From Camelus dromedarius (Eukaryota): a stretch of DNA of 60,000 nucleotides. Location of the stretch: positions 122,886,001-122,946,000 of the forward strand of contig NC_087436.1 in assembly GCF_036321535.1 (NCBI RefSeq), read 5' to 3'. Below the pieces are notes generated by a model that made no database searches, had not been told where the DNA came from, and saw only the letters and a list, made by a program, of their open reading frames with translations. Shown here one piece after another: positions 35,632-48,199 of the stretch. The position numbers were made by a program, and so were the translations under genes. Positions within the stretch are counted from its first letter, which is position 1. Each line of letters opens with the position of its first letter.

Positions 35632-38600
35632 CTGGAGGGCAGTCAGAGGGCTTGGTCGGGGGAGGGGACTGGCTGGGAGTCGCGGCCAAGGCAGGTGGGG
35701 GCATCAGGAGCCCAGGGGAGAGGCTGTCCCTGCCAAGTCCCCACCGAGGAGGCCACCCATATACACCCGTCCTCCTCCCAGACCACAGACGGTGTTCACC
35801 CAGGGCACGCTGCATGCCATCGCACGGGAACCAGAATACCCAGGATGCCTGCCCCCCACGAGTGGCCAAGCGAGGGCATCCCCTCACTGCCTCTCTGCAG
35901 GCACCCAGTTCGCCTGTGTGTGCACACGCGTGTAACTGCACTGGTGTGTGGTTAGTGTGGCACAGGCGGCCTGTGTCTGGTGGCCCACGTCTGTGCCTAT
36001 GTGTGGGGGCTACCTCTGCCCAGGTCTGTCTGCCCAGACCCGAGCCTCCCTGCTGCCAGCCAGGCCACACCAGGTGGAGGAGAGTGACCCGAAAGCCCTG
36101 GGGTCAGGGGGCAAGCGGCCAGGCACACTGGCCCTAGGTGACCACTGTCTCCCATGGGAGAAGCCCGAGGCCGGGGCTGAGGCCATGGTGCCCTTCACCA
36201 GCAGGAAGAAACCCAGCCCCACTTGCCAGCCCGTGTCCAGCCCCATTTTTTTCTGGGGTCAAGTGCAGGGACAGTGGGGATGACCAGGCCTGGAGGGCAG
36301 CAGGTGGCTGGCCGGTTGGGAAGGACACTATAGGCCTCAGAAAGGAGTGGAACTATCTCCTGGCCGACCCTCAGCCCCGCCTGCCCGTGGCTCTGAGCCT
36401 GGACTGGTCTGCAGTTTCTGGACCATAGGATGACCATGAGTGGTGCCGGGTTCTCACGAGGTCACCCCACCTACTTACTGTCCCTCAGATCAGGAGAGGC
36501 AGCCATGGGGGCCTGGCTCCTGGGACCCCACCCACAGCCACTGAAAGAGACATCAACCCCTCACTGCAGCCACCCCAGTCTCGAGGGTCTGCAAACCGCA
36601 TCCTGGCCACAAGGAGAGCCGAGGCGGTGGCTGCTCTGGGATGCTGTCGCTGCAGGGCCCGAGGGCAGCATGTGTTTTTAATAACCAGCTGGTGTTTCTT
36701 CAACACGCAGTTGCCAGCTGGGTCTGCTGCCGCTTTGCAACCGGGGCCCAAAGTGCTCCTGTGGATCCCCCAGAGATGGGGGGCGGCTTTCTGTTCTCAC
36801 CACGCAGCTCTCAGAGCACAAGCCCCCACAACCTCTGTCTGGGGCACTAGGGCGGGCTGGGGGACATCCCCCTTCGGATGGAGGGAGCTGCCAGCCTAGG
36901 GCTCAGCTTCTCCAGGGCCCCAGACGGGGACGCGTGCTGAGTCTCTGATTCCAGGGGACAGGGCTGTGAGAGACATAGGGACATGGGGCACCTTCCCTCT
37001 GTGACCTCCCCTCCACACCCTGCCTTTACTTGGGCAGCGCCAGCCTGGCCACACAGCCCCTAGGCAGGCACTCTGGGCTCTGCTCTCCCAGCCAGCCCCC
37101 CGTCACCAGCCTTGCTGGCTCTCCTGGAAGGGCTGAGAGCTGCTTCTCACTGGTAACTCGTTTACCTGCAAGGCTCCCCCAGGCGCCCACCCAGCTCACC
37201 AGAGGGAGGGGCCACAGGGCCTGCAGACAAGCGGGCCTCCTGAGGCCCCCCGAGTCTTGGTCTCATTCCCAGGCAGACCCTGTCCGCCACCTGTCACTGC
37301 CTGAAATTCCACCATTCATGGGGGCCTCCCAAGCTGCAGGACAAAGAGGGCACCCCCACCCCCAGCCCGCCCCGGGCCCTGGGCCTCTAAGGCTGACACC
37401 TGGGCGCAAGGCTCACACACAGACAAGCACAAGCACACAGACTCACACATGCACACACACAGACACACGCAACAGCCTGGAAGGCACGTAGGGAGGACAG
37501 CATGCCTCCCTGCTGGGCTCTGCCTGTCCCCACCGCATCCTGGGGACACCGCGGAGGGCTGGTCCGACACCCCCATCCCCTGAAGGATCCTGCCTCAGTT
37601 TCTCAGTGGAGAAAGGACCAGCCTGACCATGCCGGGGGGGTCACCTCCAGCCCCTCACCCTCTCGCCCTCCTCACCCCTAGACAGGAGAACCTGAGGAGT
37701 GGGGGGCACCTACTGGGTGGCAGGGATGTCACCCTTGGTCACTGTGAAGGAGGGACAGGGCTGGCCTGCAGGCAGTAAGGGGGTCAGGCAGCAGCCCAGC
37801 CGGAGGCCCCCAGCTGGAGCCAGCCTCACCCTAAAGCACACGGCCCCTGCCCCGCTGCAGCCTGCCCGATACCAGGCCAGGCCCGGCCCCTGCCCCAACC
37901 CCTGCCTCTGCAGAGACCCCAGCAGCCTCACCAGCAGGAGGCCTGGCCCCCCAGATTCCTGGGAATTTCAGCCGCCAGCACGGCTGCCACAGCTCTATAT
38001 TTAGCCTGGGAAACACAAGCCCTGCTGTTCCACCTGGACAGGGCATCCAAGCCACTCAGCCAGGGGGAAACTGAGGCCAGAGTGAAGGCATGGGGGAGGG
38101 GCAGCCAGCTTCCCGGGCAGGGCCCTCCACACCCAGCCTCAGCCCCCTCCCTGTGAGCACCTCCTCCAGGAAGCCCCAGCCCAGTGATCACCCTGAGCCA
38201 CAGGCTACATACAGGGATGGCACCTGGAGAGTGTTGCGAGGCAAACGCAGACTGGGGGTGGGCGGTGGCATCTCACCACAAGGTGGGGGCTGAGCATCAA
38301 GGTAACGGGCAGGGAAGGTGCTGCCCTCTCCTTTCCCATCTCCTTCCTCCCCTCCACCCCCCACTGTGAAAACATGGTCAGGAATGGAGGTGCTGGGAGG
38401 GGCCAGGGCCTAGCAACAAGGTAGGGGGTGGGGGGCACACATCCAGCAGACGTGGCTGGGCTTCCCAGCTGCCACCCAGAGCTGGCGTCATACCCTGACG
38501 CTGTCGTGCAGTCCCCCGGATACACACACCTCGACCGTGGGTGCACACAGACCCCCTTCCGGCCCAGGATGCATCCCGCCTTGGAGCCACCAGGACCCCC

Positions 38601-41600
38601 ACGGCCCCTGCTGGGCCTGCCCTGGCAGAAGCACCATTCTCCCAGGTTCAGTAAAACAAGACCCTGTGGGAACCCCAGCTGACGCCCCTCCTGCCCCAGC
38701 GGGCCCAGGGAGGGCGGAGGAGAAGAGGGCTGGAGGGCCGCACGCGAGGTGGGAAGAAGAGACCCCAGCTGTAGCCCACTTTGCGCCCCTGCCCGTGCCC
38801 ACCCCCACACAGCCTTCACAGGCCCTTGGGGGCCACCCCAGGTTCAGCACCCCACACCTTACTGACCCACGGCCCCTGCCCTGCCTTGGGCACCGTCCTT
38901 CGCCCCCCTCTCCTCTCCCAGAGGCAGGGCTCCGGCCATTCCATCTGCATCCGTGCTCCCTGCGTGTTCACGTCTGCCAGGGGCCTGGCCGCGGTGCAGG
39001 CATCCCAGGTGTAGGCCTCCACCTCTCCCCACTGCCCAGGGCGTTCAGTGGGCCCTGGCCTGCTGACCCCAAGCTCCCTTTAAGAGGAGCTGGATGAGAC
39101 ACCACCCGTCCCCTGGGCCCATGTGCCAGAGACCAGCAGAGGCACCTGTGGTCTCAGGCCTCATCCCCGGAAGCCACAGACCCAGGTGGGAGTGAAGGTG
39201 CAAGAACCACCAGGCCAGCTCATCGGGGCCGCTCTGTCCCCAGGGAGCCTGCAAAACCCCAGACATTACTCCGGGAGGAAGTCTCTGGCGGGGAGGGGGT
39301 TGGTGGGCATTAGGTTAACCATGTTGGGACTGGCTCTAGGGTGAGAGCACCGGGCCAGGGGCCACCGTCCTGCGGGGAGGATGGGCTGAGTGAGTAGCAT
39401 GGGGAGGGGCTCAAAGGGCGCCCGCCAAGCCTGGGCTAGGGAGCTGAGCTGGGAGAGGCAGGTGGGTGCTCTCTTTGGGGTGAAAGGACCGGGCACAGGG
39501 GGTGAGCTGGGAAGGCCCAGATGCCGTGACCTGGGGCCAGCACCCGCCAGGAAGGCAAGGTCTGGGGGGAGGGCAGGAACGCCCCCAGAGGGACACAGGT
39601 GAGGACCACCACAGGGCTTCCATGGGGCGGAGGATGCAGACTGGCCCAGCGCCGAGCCCCGGGCACACACACTACACACACGTGCATGTGCATAACACCA
39701 GCTCCGAGACGCCAGCCGGCCCAGGGCGGCCCCTGGGGGCTGGACCCACAGGACCTGCAGTGGAACTGGTAGGACCCGCAGGACAGGTGGTTGCTCCAGA
39801 AACCAGGACATTCTGGGCGTGACAGAGGGACAGCCCGACCCACCGAGCAAGCTGACTGGAGTGTCCCCTCCACCCGCTGCCTGGCCTGAGCACCAGGTGA
39901 GCAGACAGGTGGGGGGCCTCCAGGTCTGTTCTCTTCCCAGGAAACCCCACACGGACCTTCAGTGGACCCCCAGTTCAGGGCTCCTCCTCACCATCCCCAG
40001 GGCACAAGTAGGGGTGCCGCTCCCCTAGGGGCCCCACGTGAACTCCCAACAGGGGACAGTGACTGGGCAGCACCCAGACCCACTACCGCAGACCCACCCA
40101 GGGGCTTAGCTGAATACCACGCCACTCCTATTCCACGTTCAGGTCTCACTAGGTCCACCAGGCTCAACGCTGACCCTCCCCACGCCTGCCACCCACCCCC
40201 AGCCCTACAAACATCACTTGCAGAACTGGGGTCCCTGCAGGACTCCCCAGAGAGGCCGAGCCCTGCTCCTAGCTGCCAAAGAACCGAGAAAGCCCTTGTC
40301 CACGTGCCAGCGCTAGGCCCGGAGGACGTGGAACACGCCACGGGGCCCAGACCACCCAAGGGCCCCACCCTGAGGGCCCTGATCCAGGTACCAGTCGCCT
40401 CAGAAGTGAGAAGGGGATGCCCCTGAGCCTGGAACCCATGGACGTTTCAGCAGAACGGGCTCATGCAGCAGACCACCCAACACAGCCAGCAGCCCAGCCA
40501 CCAGGAACCCCTAGGCCAGAGAGCCCCCCGCCCCACCTGCTGTCCCTGCTCCACCAGGGCCTCCGACCCTGGGCCCCAGGGCTTCTCGAGGACAGGCCTG
40601 AGGGCATGAGGCCCAAGCCAGCCAACTGGCCCAGACTGGCCTCCCCAGCCCTCCAGGGGCACACGCTGTGCTGTGCTGAGCTCCAGAGCCAGCCCCACAG
40701 TCCTCCCCAGAGCCCGACAGGCTGCTGCAGGAGGGCAGAGGGCAGCCCGGAAGCCGCCGGCGGTGGCCTCAGGAGAGGAGTGCGCTCGCAGGCCCTGGCT
40801 TTTCTGGGGCAGAGTCAAGGGAGCCAGTGGGGTCCCTCCTCCTGCCTGCTGCCCCAGGCCCCGCTGTCCACTCCTCAGCCACTCAGACAGCACACAGCTT
40901 GTGTAAATCTCTCACGAAATAAACTCCCCAGCAGGAAGAAAAGCAATCATATTTCCTGCCAAGATGGGAAGCCCGGGGTTCCAGCCGCCTGGGGGCCGGA
41001 GCGAATCCAGCGCTTCAGGGATAGCTGCTGGAAGCCCCCACCCTGGGCTGGCTCTCCCCAGAGCGGGGCCAGTCTATGTGGGATGAGGTGTGTGCAGCCC
41101 TCCCCCGACGTCCGCCAGCCTCCAGGCCCTGCCCCCAGCCACTTGGTGAGGGCCCAGGGTGTGGATGGAGGCCCCAGCACTCCTCACTGGAGGAGGAAGG
41201 CTGGCCGCAATGCTCAGGTGGAAAAGCCCCCAGCCCCTCCTCCCTGCACCCCTCACCCACCAGCCTCTGGGCCCAGCCCTAGCCCTTCCCCACTCAAGGG
41301 CCCAGCTCAGCTACACCCGTGTCCCCTGCATGTCCACCCTGGCCAAGGTGAGCTGCCCACGACATCCCCCCAGCTGAAGGTCTTTCCTCCCTTGACCAGA
41401 ACCCACCTCTCCTTCCAGGCCCATCCTGGCCCCATGAGCCCATGTCTCTCCCCCCACCTCCCTCCAGACATCCCGGACCGTGGACGCTGCGCTGCAGCCC
41501 CACCTGAGGGAGCCCAGGACAGCAGCTCCAACTCTCCTTGGGACCCAAGAGGAGCCAGGGGCACCCAGCGTCCACCACTCGGAAGAGCAGGTGATGGGCA

Positions 41601-44452
41601 GGTAGGGTGGCAGCCCTGGATGGGGCGTCTGTGGAGTCTGGGGACAGGGACCCAGGCATGCTTCCCTTCCACAGGCTGATCTTGCTCACAGAGCTGCCAC
41701 CTGGACATACCTGGACTGCAGACACCAGATGAGGAACAAGGAGGCCAATGTCGAAGGACACATGGCCAGGGGGTGGCCAGGAGCCAGGATTTGGCCTGTG
41801 GGGCCATACCCCGCCTCCCCCAGCACCGTCAGCAGTGCTTGAGCTGGGCCGGCAATGCCGGGGCTGAGGCCGCTGCTGGGGAAAACCCACATCTCCGGGT
41901 TGGGGCTGTGGTGCCGGCGGGAGCTGGAGGCCCATGATCCCCGCACAATGGAGAAGGAGCCTGCGGTCATGTTTCCAGGCTCAGCCAAAGGCAACTTTGT
42001 TCACGGCTCCCTCCTCCCCCCGGAGGGGACAGTGATTTATTTTCCCTTCCAGGAGTGGGGCCCAAGACAAGACGTAAATGGGGCTGCTGGCCCAAATCCT
42101 CACCTCACAGAGCCCGGGCCAGGCTCCCACATGTCCACCTCGGCCCTGGCCACACAATGGCTGTTGCTGCCTGGAGGGCCTAGATGGGAGGGGGTCCCCT
42201 GCAGCCTGGCCAGAGGCTGAGGTCAGCCAGCGTACAGGCACAGCACCATAGCCATCCTGCCTGCCACGCGCCTCCCCGCTGAATCACACACACCGCAGAC
42301 CCTTCCCAACACAGAGGCAGGTGGGCCCTGAGGCTGTGCCATCCTGCTGGAGGCAAGGCGCCTAGGACACCCCGGCCGGGCCCAGGGGACCAGGAAGGGG
42401 CCTTCAGGGCTGGCGGCTCAGAGACCATCCTGAGAAAAGTTCAAACGTGGCACTTCTCAGAAGACCCTGTAACAATGTCTTCCAAAGTTATCTGTAAAAG
42501 GTATGTCGTTCTGAACCTCTCATGTTCCCACTGTGAGAAATAAAACGGAAACGAAGAAAGCCGAATTCTATCTTTTTCCAAATTTGAAAAAAAAAAAAAA
42601 GTTTAAGACAAACTCACCAAGATTGTGAAACTTTGGGAAAAGGGGAACTTTAAAAATATGATTTGCGTCTAGAAATGTGTCGATTCTAGAAATTGTGACA
42701 CCATGGGGAAAATGGCTTTCGAAAAACCACCGAACGAACTCTCTCTGCGCTGCTTCACCAGCCTGAAGGTCCACACTCAGCCTGAACACCCACCAAGGAG
42801 GGGGGGCGTCTGAAACGGCTCCACCTTCAAGTCCAGGCCTGGAGGAGAAGCCAGCACAATTCAGGAAGAGCACACCCCCCAAAGCCACAGAGGCCCTTAC
42901 CCTTGGAAAGCAGCTAAGCTCCCACCTCCTTACTGCTGCCAGGGCCCTCACCATGCAGCCCCAAGGCCTCAGCCAGGGGGCACAGAGCAGGGTTTGGCCC
43001 CTCTGAGGACCCTCGGCACCAAGGCGGGCCCGACTGTCCACTGCCATCCACTGCTCCATCTCAGGCTTCAGCCAATGACCAGGCCAGAACAGTGGCTCCC
43101 AGAGCCTCCCTGGCCGAGTGGCCAGAGGACAGGCAGGTGCGGGGATTGGGGAGTCCAAGCAGATAAAACAGGAATCAGAGTCCAGGCCGCTGGCCACCGG
43201 GGGGGGGCCTTACTGGGCATGACCTGAGTGTCCGCAGTGCCCTGGACGCTGCCCGTCCCAGCCACGCCTGGGCAGCCCCCACCCTCAAGCCAGCCAGCCA
43301 GTCCCCGGCGGGGCTGGCGGGGGGGTACTGTGGCATGAGGCCCACCTGGGCCGCCGCCCGCCACCCCACACCCGAACATGGCCATATAAGGCCAGGTTGG
43401 GTTCAGTGCGCCTGCTGGGCGGCGGGGGAGGGGTGCGAAACCTCTAAGGACTGGTGGACAGGGCAGGGACGATCCTGAGTGGTCAACACACCCAAAGGGC
43501 TGGCCCGGCCACAGGGCCCGCCTAGCTGAGGGAGGCCAGCACTGAACATGGCGGTGGGAGTCTGCGGACACGCATCACCCATCACCCATCAGCTGAGGAT
43601 GCCCCTTGCTGGGGCTGGGTGCAGGGGCAGGGGTCCCTCCAGAGGCATCCGAGCCTGCCCACTTGCACAGCAGGCGTGTGTGCCCACGTCCAGGCCCTGG
43701 CATGGCACACACCGCGAGACAGTGTCTAGGCTAAAGTAGGTGGTCTCAGGGTCTGCCTTAAGACAGGCTCCCACCTGACACTGCAGTGACCCCTCGTGCT
43801 GGGTACTCAGCTCCCCAGCCCTCACCCTGTGCCTTCCTAGAGAGGGGCATTCTTAGGGCACAGAGATGGTTCGTGAGTCTCAGACACCAAGAATATTCCC
43901 ACTGTCCTCACCCCCAACCCTGGTCACCATGGGGGGTCCCTGCAGGTTACCAGAGGCCTAATTTGGCCCACTGGGGGCTAAACAGCTCATCCCCCAAGAG
44001 CTGAAGGTCAGCAGCTGCCCTCAGCTGTAGGCATGTGTGTGTGGCCATGTGAGTCCTGAGGAGAACTGGGGCCAGAGCCCACCCTGCCAGCAAGCATGGG
44101 GCCCCACACATGAGCTTGGGGGTTCCCTGAAGGTGAGTGGGAACCCTGTGGGTGAGCTGGGGACACCCCATAGATGAGGAGAGCCCACGGGTGAGCTGGG
44201 GTGCCCAGTGTGTGAGCTGTGGGTGAGATGGGCCCACGGGTGAGGGGGGCCCACAAGTGAGCTGGGGTGCCTTAAGGGTGAGGGGCGCTCGGCCAGTGAG
44301 GAGCCAAACTGCGAGGGGCCGAACAGCCCGGGGCTGGCAGGGGCGGGGCACAAACACGCGCGCCAGGCGGGCACTGTGGCAGGGTTCAGGGCCGGAGGGA
44401 AAGGGGCGGCGCTGGCAGAGGCCGGGGCGCCGGGCTGGGCGCCAGGACTCAC

Positions 44453-44534
44453 CTCGGGCGGCGGCGGCCGGCGGGAGGGCCCCCAGTAGCATAGGCAGCG
44501 GCAGCAGCAGCAGCAACGCGGGGCTCGGCGTCAT
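44453..44534 (-). CDS. FGFRL1: FGFRL1 signal-peptide exon, MTPSPALLLLLPLPMLLGALPPAAAAR; the exon begins at about 44550
   Basis: gccgagATG start and donor |gtgagt. The spliced CDS totals 1518 bp, or 505 aa plus stop. Confidence 0.97.
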
Positions 44535-45124
44535 CTCGGCCTGTGCGGACCTGGGAGTATTCAGAGGCCGGTCACTGGCGTGGGGATGGGGGTCTCCATG
44601 CACCTCACACCCCGGCCTAGGGCCCGGGAGCCGCTAGCACTCCAGCCCTGGGCCGCGGGGATAGGGGTGCGGGCCGCCCCGCCTTCCCTCGGGCGCTCCG
44701 GGCAGAGGAAGCAGCGGCGGGGGAACCGTGGGTATCAAAGGCAGACAAAGGGTTTACACTAATTACCGGCCTCCTTCGCCCCCCCTCCAAACACCGTCTG
44801 GATTCCTGGCGCTTGTAACTCGGGCCCTGCCCGCGGGACACACAACACCGGCGGCCCCGAAGATAATCGCCTGCGCCATTAGCGGACAAATTTGCGCTGG
44901 GGGGGGGGGCACGTGGGGTGCAGGGGCGGGGGCGGGGCGCAGGCAGGACCGCGGGCCCGGCGGGAGCTGCGGCGCGTGCCGGTGCCGGCGGTCCCCTACC
45001 GCGGAGCAGGGACCTGGGCGCTCCCGGCCCCCGCCTCCGCCCCTGGCCCCGGCACCGGCCCCGGCCCCCGTCCCTCCCCTCCCAGTCTGCCCCCAGGATC
45101 GCCGGCGCGCGCGGAGGGGCTCAC

Positions 45125-45470
45125 CTCGGCGGGACTCGCGGGCGGCGGGGCTCAGGGCCGGGCCCGCGGGGCGCGCTGCGAGGTCATCGCCGCCCCGGGC
45201 GCCGCACCCCGCCGCCCCGCGCCCCCGGGCCCGGCCTCGGGACGGGACGGCGCTACCTGGGCGCGGGCGGCTCGGGCCGGGGCCGGGGCCGGGACCAGGG
45301 GCTGGGGCCGGGGCCGTGGGCAGGGCGGGCGGCGGGGTCGGTCCAGGGGCCGGGGTCCCGGGGCGGCGGGGCGAGGGGCCCGGGGCGCCGCGCCGCGAGG
45401 CGTCCTTCCCTGCGGGGCTTTGTCAACTCTCCCGGAGCGAGCGCCGAGCCCGCCGCGCGCCCCGCCCCGA
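45125..45470 (-). other. FGFRL1: FGFRL1 non-coding exon 1 (5' end approximate)
   Basis: Donor cgccgag|gtgagc at 45124. The junction CGCCGAG|GTCCGCACAGGCCGAGATG matches the recalled human 5'UTR. Confidence 0.8.
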
Positions 45471-46224
45471 CACAACTTCCCGCCAATCGGTGCGCCGCGG
45501 CTGCCGAGCCCCGCCCCAAACCCCGCCCCAAGCCCCGCCCGTATCCCCTCCCCGCGCCCAAACTTTCCACCAATCCACGCGCGCGCCTGCCCCTCCCGCC
45601 TGGCTCCTGGCCTTAACCCTCGCGGTGCGGGCGGCCAGCGGGCGGGGCGGCTCCCCGCGGCGAGGCCCCGCCCCCGCGCCGCCCCTGCCAGCCCCAGGCC
45701 CAGCCACGCCCCAACACGGCCCGCCACGCCACGGCCCTGGCCCGCCTCTGGCCCCGCCTAACACACCTCGCCCGTCTGGCCACGCCCCCAGGCCATCCGC
45801 CCCGCCCTGCCCCGGCCCAGCCCCGCCTCGCGCACCTCCACGTCCTGCGGCGCCCACCTCACACCTGTACCCATTAGCGCCCGTGTCAGAGCCCCCAACC
45901 TCAGGCCACCAACACTCTCCGCACCTCCAGACCTGGCCCTGATTGAGCCCACGGTCATCTATCCTCTAGCCAGCCTCGATCCCAGCTGGGCGGTCAGGGC
46001 CTGGAGGTCTGAGCCCCAGGGAGTCGTTGGGAGCAGAGAGGAGATCCAAGACTCCTCTCCGGCACCAAGCCATTCCAGGGAAGGGTCAGGTCTTGGGTGA
46101 TGTGGGGCACAGAGGTCCTGCCCTGGCGCCCGGCTTACCTGATCCCCTTGACGGGGGTAGGGGGGAGGTATGTTCCCACCTCCCACCTAGCGGCTTCCCG
46201 CCTCTCACCCACTAGTGATAGGAA

Positions 46225-46430
46225 CACAAGGACATTAATAATCATTATAAATAGAGAACACCACACACAGTGCCGCCTTTAACCCTCACAACCAGGCAAG
46301 TATCTTGCTGTCACCTGTGCAGAGAAGAAATGCAGGCACAGAGAAGGTTGGCAACTTACCCAAGATTTCCCAGCCAGCACTTGGCATGTCTAGGACTGGA
46401 ACCACGCGCTGTGGAGTCCAGCTCCACTGT
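46225..46430. mobile_element. MIR SINE
   Basis: The core cagagaagaaatgcaggcacagagaaggttggcaacttacccaagatttcccagc matches the MIR core. Smaller MIR-like pieces lie near 8790, 9530 and 31515. Confidence 0.75.
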
Positions 46431-46759
46431 GGACCCTTCTCTACACTGCCTCACTGCCCTCCCTTTCCTGGTCAGTCACGTGCACCCACTGGCTCTCCTG
46501 CCTCCCCAACTGCCATCCCTCAGGGTCTCTCTGACCATCCCCCATCCTCTCTGGCCTAAATGAGTGGTCCAGGTACTCCCTTGCTCTCCCTGCACTGTCA
46601 CTTCACTGGAATGGACAATTGCCATTTTAAAACACAATCCTGACTCTTCTGGCTCCCCACTGCCCTCAATACAAACCCCACGGTTTTCTGCACACCTGGG
46701 TCCTGCCCTTGTCCCACTCCCTACCTCAAGTCTGGCCCATTCCAGCCCCCACCCCACCT

Positions 46760-46832
46760 GCAACCTGCAGCACACCCAGCCCCACTCCCACCCTGCAGCA
46801 CCCCAACCCCACTCCCACCCTGCAGCACCCCC
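46760..46832 (+). repeat. Short C-rich tandem repeat with a 27-bp period
   Basis: ccccactcccaccctgcagca occurs at 46780 and 46807, plus a partial copy upstream. Confidence 0.8.
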
Positions 46833-48199
46833 CATCCCCTCTGGGCTCTGCCCAAGCTATTCCCTTGGGAACTGTGCCTGGAAGAACCTCTGTCCTCTCA
46901 GGAGTTCCCTCTTCCAGGGAAAACTGAAACTGGTGAGGTGTTGCAGGTACAGGTCCCCAGGCAGAGGAGAGCTGGGTGAGGGAGTGCCAGCCATCAGGGT
47001 TTAGGGCCCATCGAAGCCCCAGCTGCTTACCCTTCCCAAGCCAGTGAGAAGGCATGTTTCCAAATCCTGTGTCTGGGCCGGTGTGGGCACCTGGTGGGTG
47101 GATGGTGGTGGGCCCATCTCTGTCCTGCCTACGTCTGGGTGAAGGCCCAGAGGCAGACCTGAGCAGCCTCCTGTGCTTGCAGTCAGGCTCCGCGGGTGAG
47201 GAAGCCAGGAGAGCCGGTTCCTGAGCCCATCTGCGGCCGGTGCAGCCAGCGCTGGGGGTCACAGACACGCGCTTCAGGACAGAATGGGTAGAGAGGTCCA
47301 GGGCTAGTACGAAGGCTGCCTGGGACTTTGCAGGCAGGTTTGTGGGAGAAACCACCATAGCGTGAAGAGCTCGGACAGGTGAGTTAGGCTGCCAGTGGCA
47401 GGTGTGTGAAAAGCTGGCTCTGAAGCAAGGAGGGGTGGGGGTGGGGGTTGTCAGAGGCAGGAAGCGAGCTAGAGCAAGGCAGTCCAGTGCCCGGGTGGGG
47501 GATACGGTGAGTGGTAGGGAGGGGCCATGGCCAGGTGAGCGGCCCCAGGTGGCAGTGGCAGTCCAGGCAGGTGGGCGAGGGGGCATGGCCCACACCTTAG
47601 GTGTGTGAGCAGGAAAGGACGCGTCCTGGGCGGGGCCCACCTCCCTATGCGGGGACTCGCTGCCCCCTGGCGGAGGCGCGGGGCATGGCGGTCCCTGAGG
47701 GTGGCCGGCTCTTTTCCCAGAGCCTTGCCAGCCTCCCACACCTCCAAGGCTGCTTCCTCCATGAAGCTCTCCAACCAGCAGGCTCCCCCTTCCCCTTCAT
47801 GACAATGCTCCAGGAATAGGAACTGGTTCAAATACTGCCCTTTTAAAACTGAGACTTGGGCCATTAGCTGACCTCCTGGTCTCGGTTCCCATCTGCAACC
47901 TGATCTCACAGAACCCCTGCGGGGATTCCAGAGTCTCTGTCTCCCACCTGGGCTGCACAATGAGCCCGAGAAGAGGTATTCATCTGCCCTCCACGTGGTC
48001 ATCGTTCAACCATGACACGCTGACCCTGGCTCTGTGCCAGGCTCTTCAAGAGGCTGGACCTGCGAGGTTCCACAAGGAAAGCATGTCCCCAGCCCTCACA
48101 GAGAGGGCATCTTGGTGGCAGGTGTAGGGACTGAGAGGAACACGTCTGACGATGAGAAGTGCTGGCAGGGAACTGAAGCCCCAGCTCCAGATGAAGTGG

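Larger units (their letters stand above)
44280..45900 (-). promoter_or_regulatory. CpG island and TATA-less FGFRL1 promoter with GC boxes and CCAAT boxes
   Basis: Very high CpG density, many CCCCGCCC (Sp/KLF) boxes at 45500-45830, and CCAAT at 45483-45487 and 45570-45574. Confidence 0.92.

Noticed and set aside
34733..35935. 400-aa ORF, plus 295-aa ORF at 32953-33840
   Set aside because: Antisense shadows of GC-rich FGFRL1 exons and introns.
40417..41679. 420-aa ORF antisense in FGFRL1 intron 2
   Set aside because: Pro-rich, no recognisable homology or exon structure, and compatible with chance at this GC content. A PhyloCSF check would settle it.
44728..45942. 404-aa plus-strand ORF and overlapping 200-290 aa ORFs
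   Set aside because: Pro/Arg/Gly/Ala low-complexity reading frames from the stop-poor CpG island, antisense to FGFRL1, with no recognisable domain.
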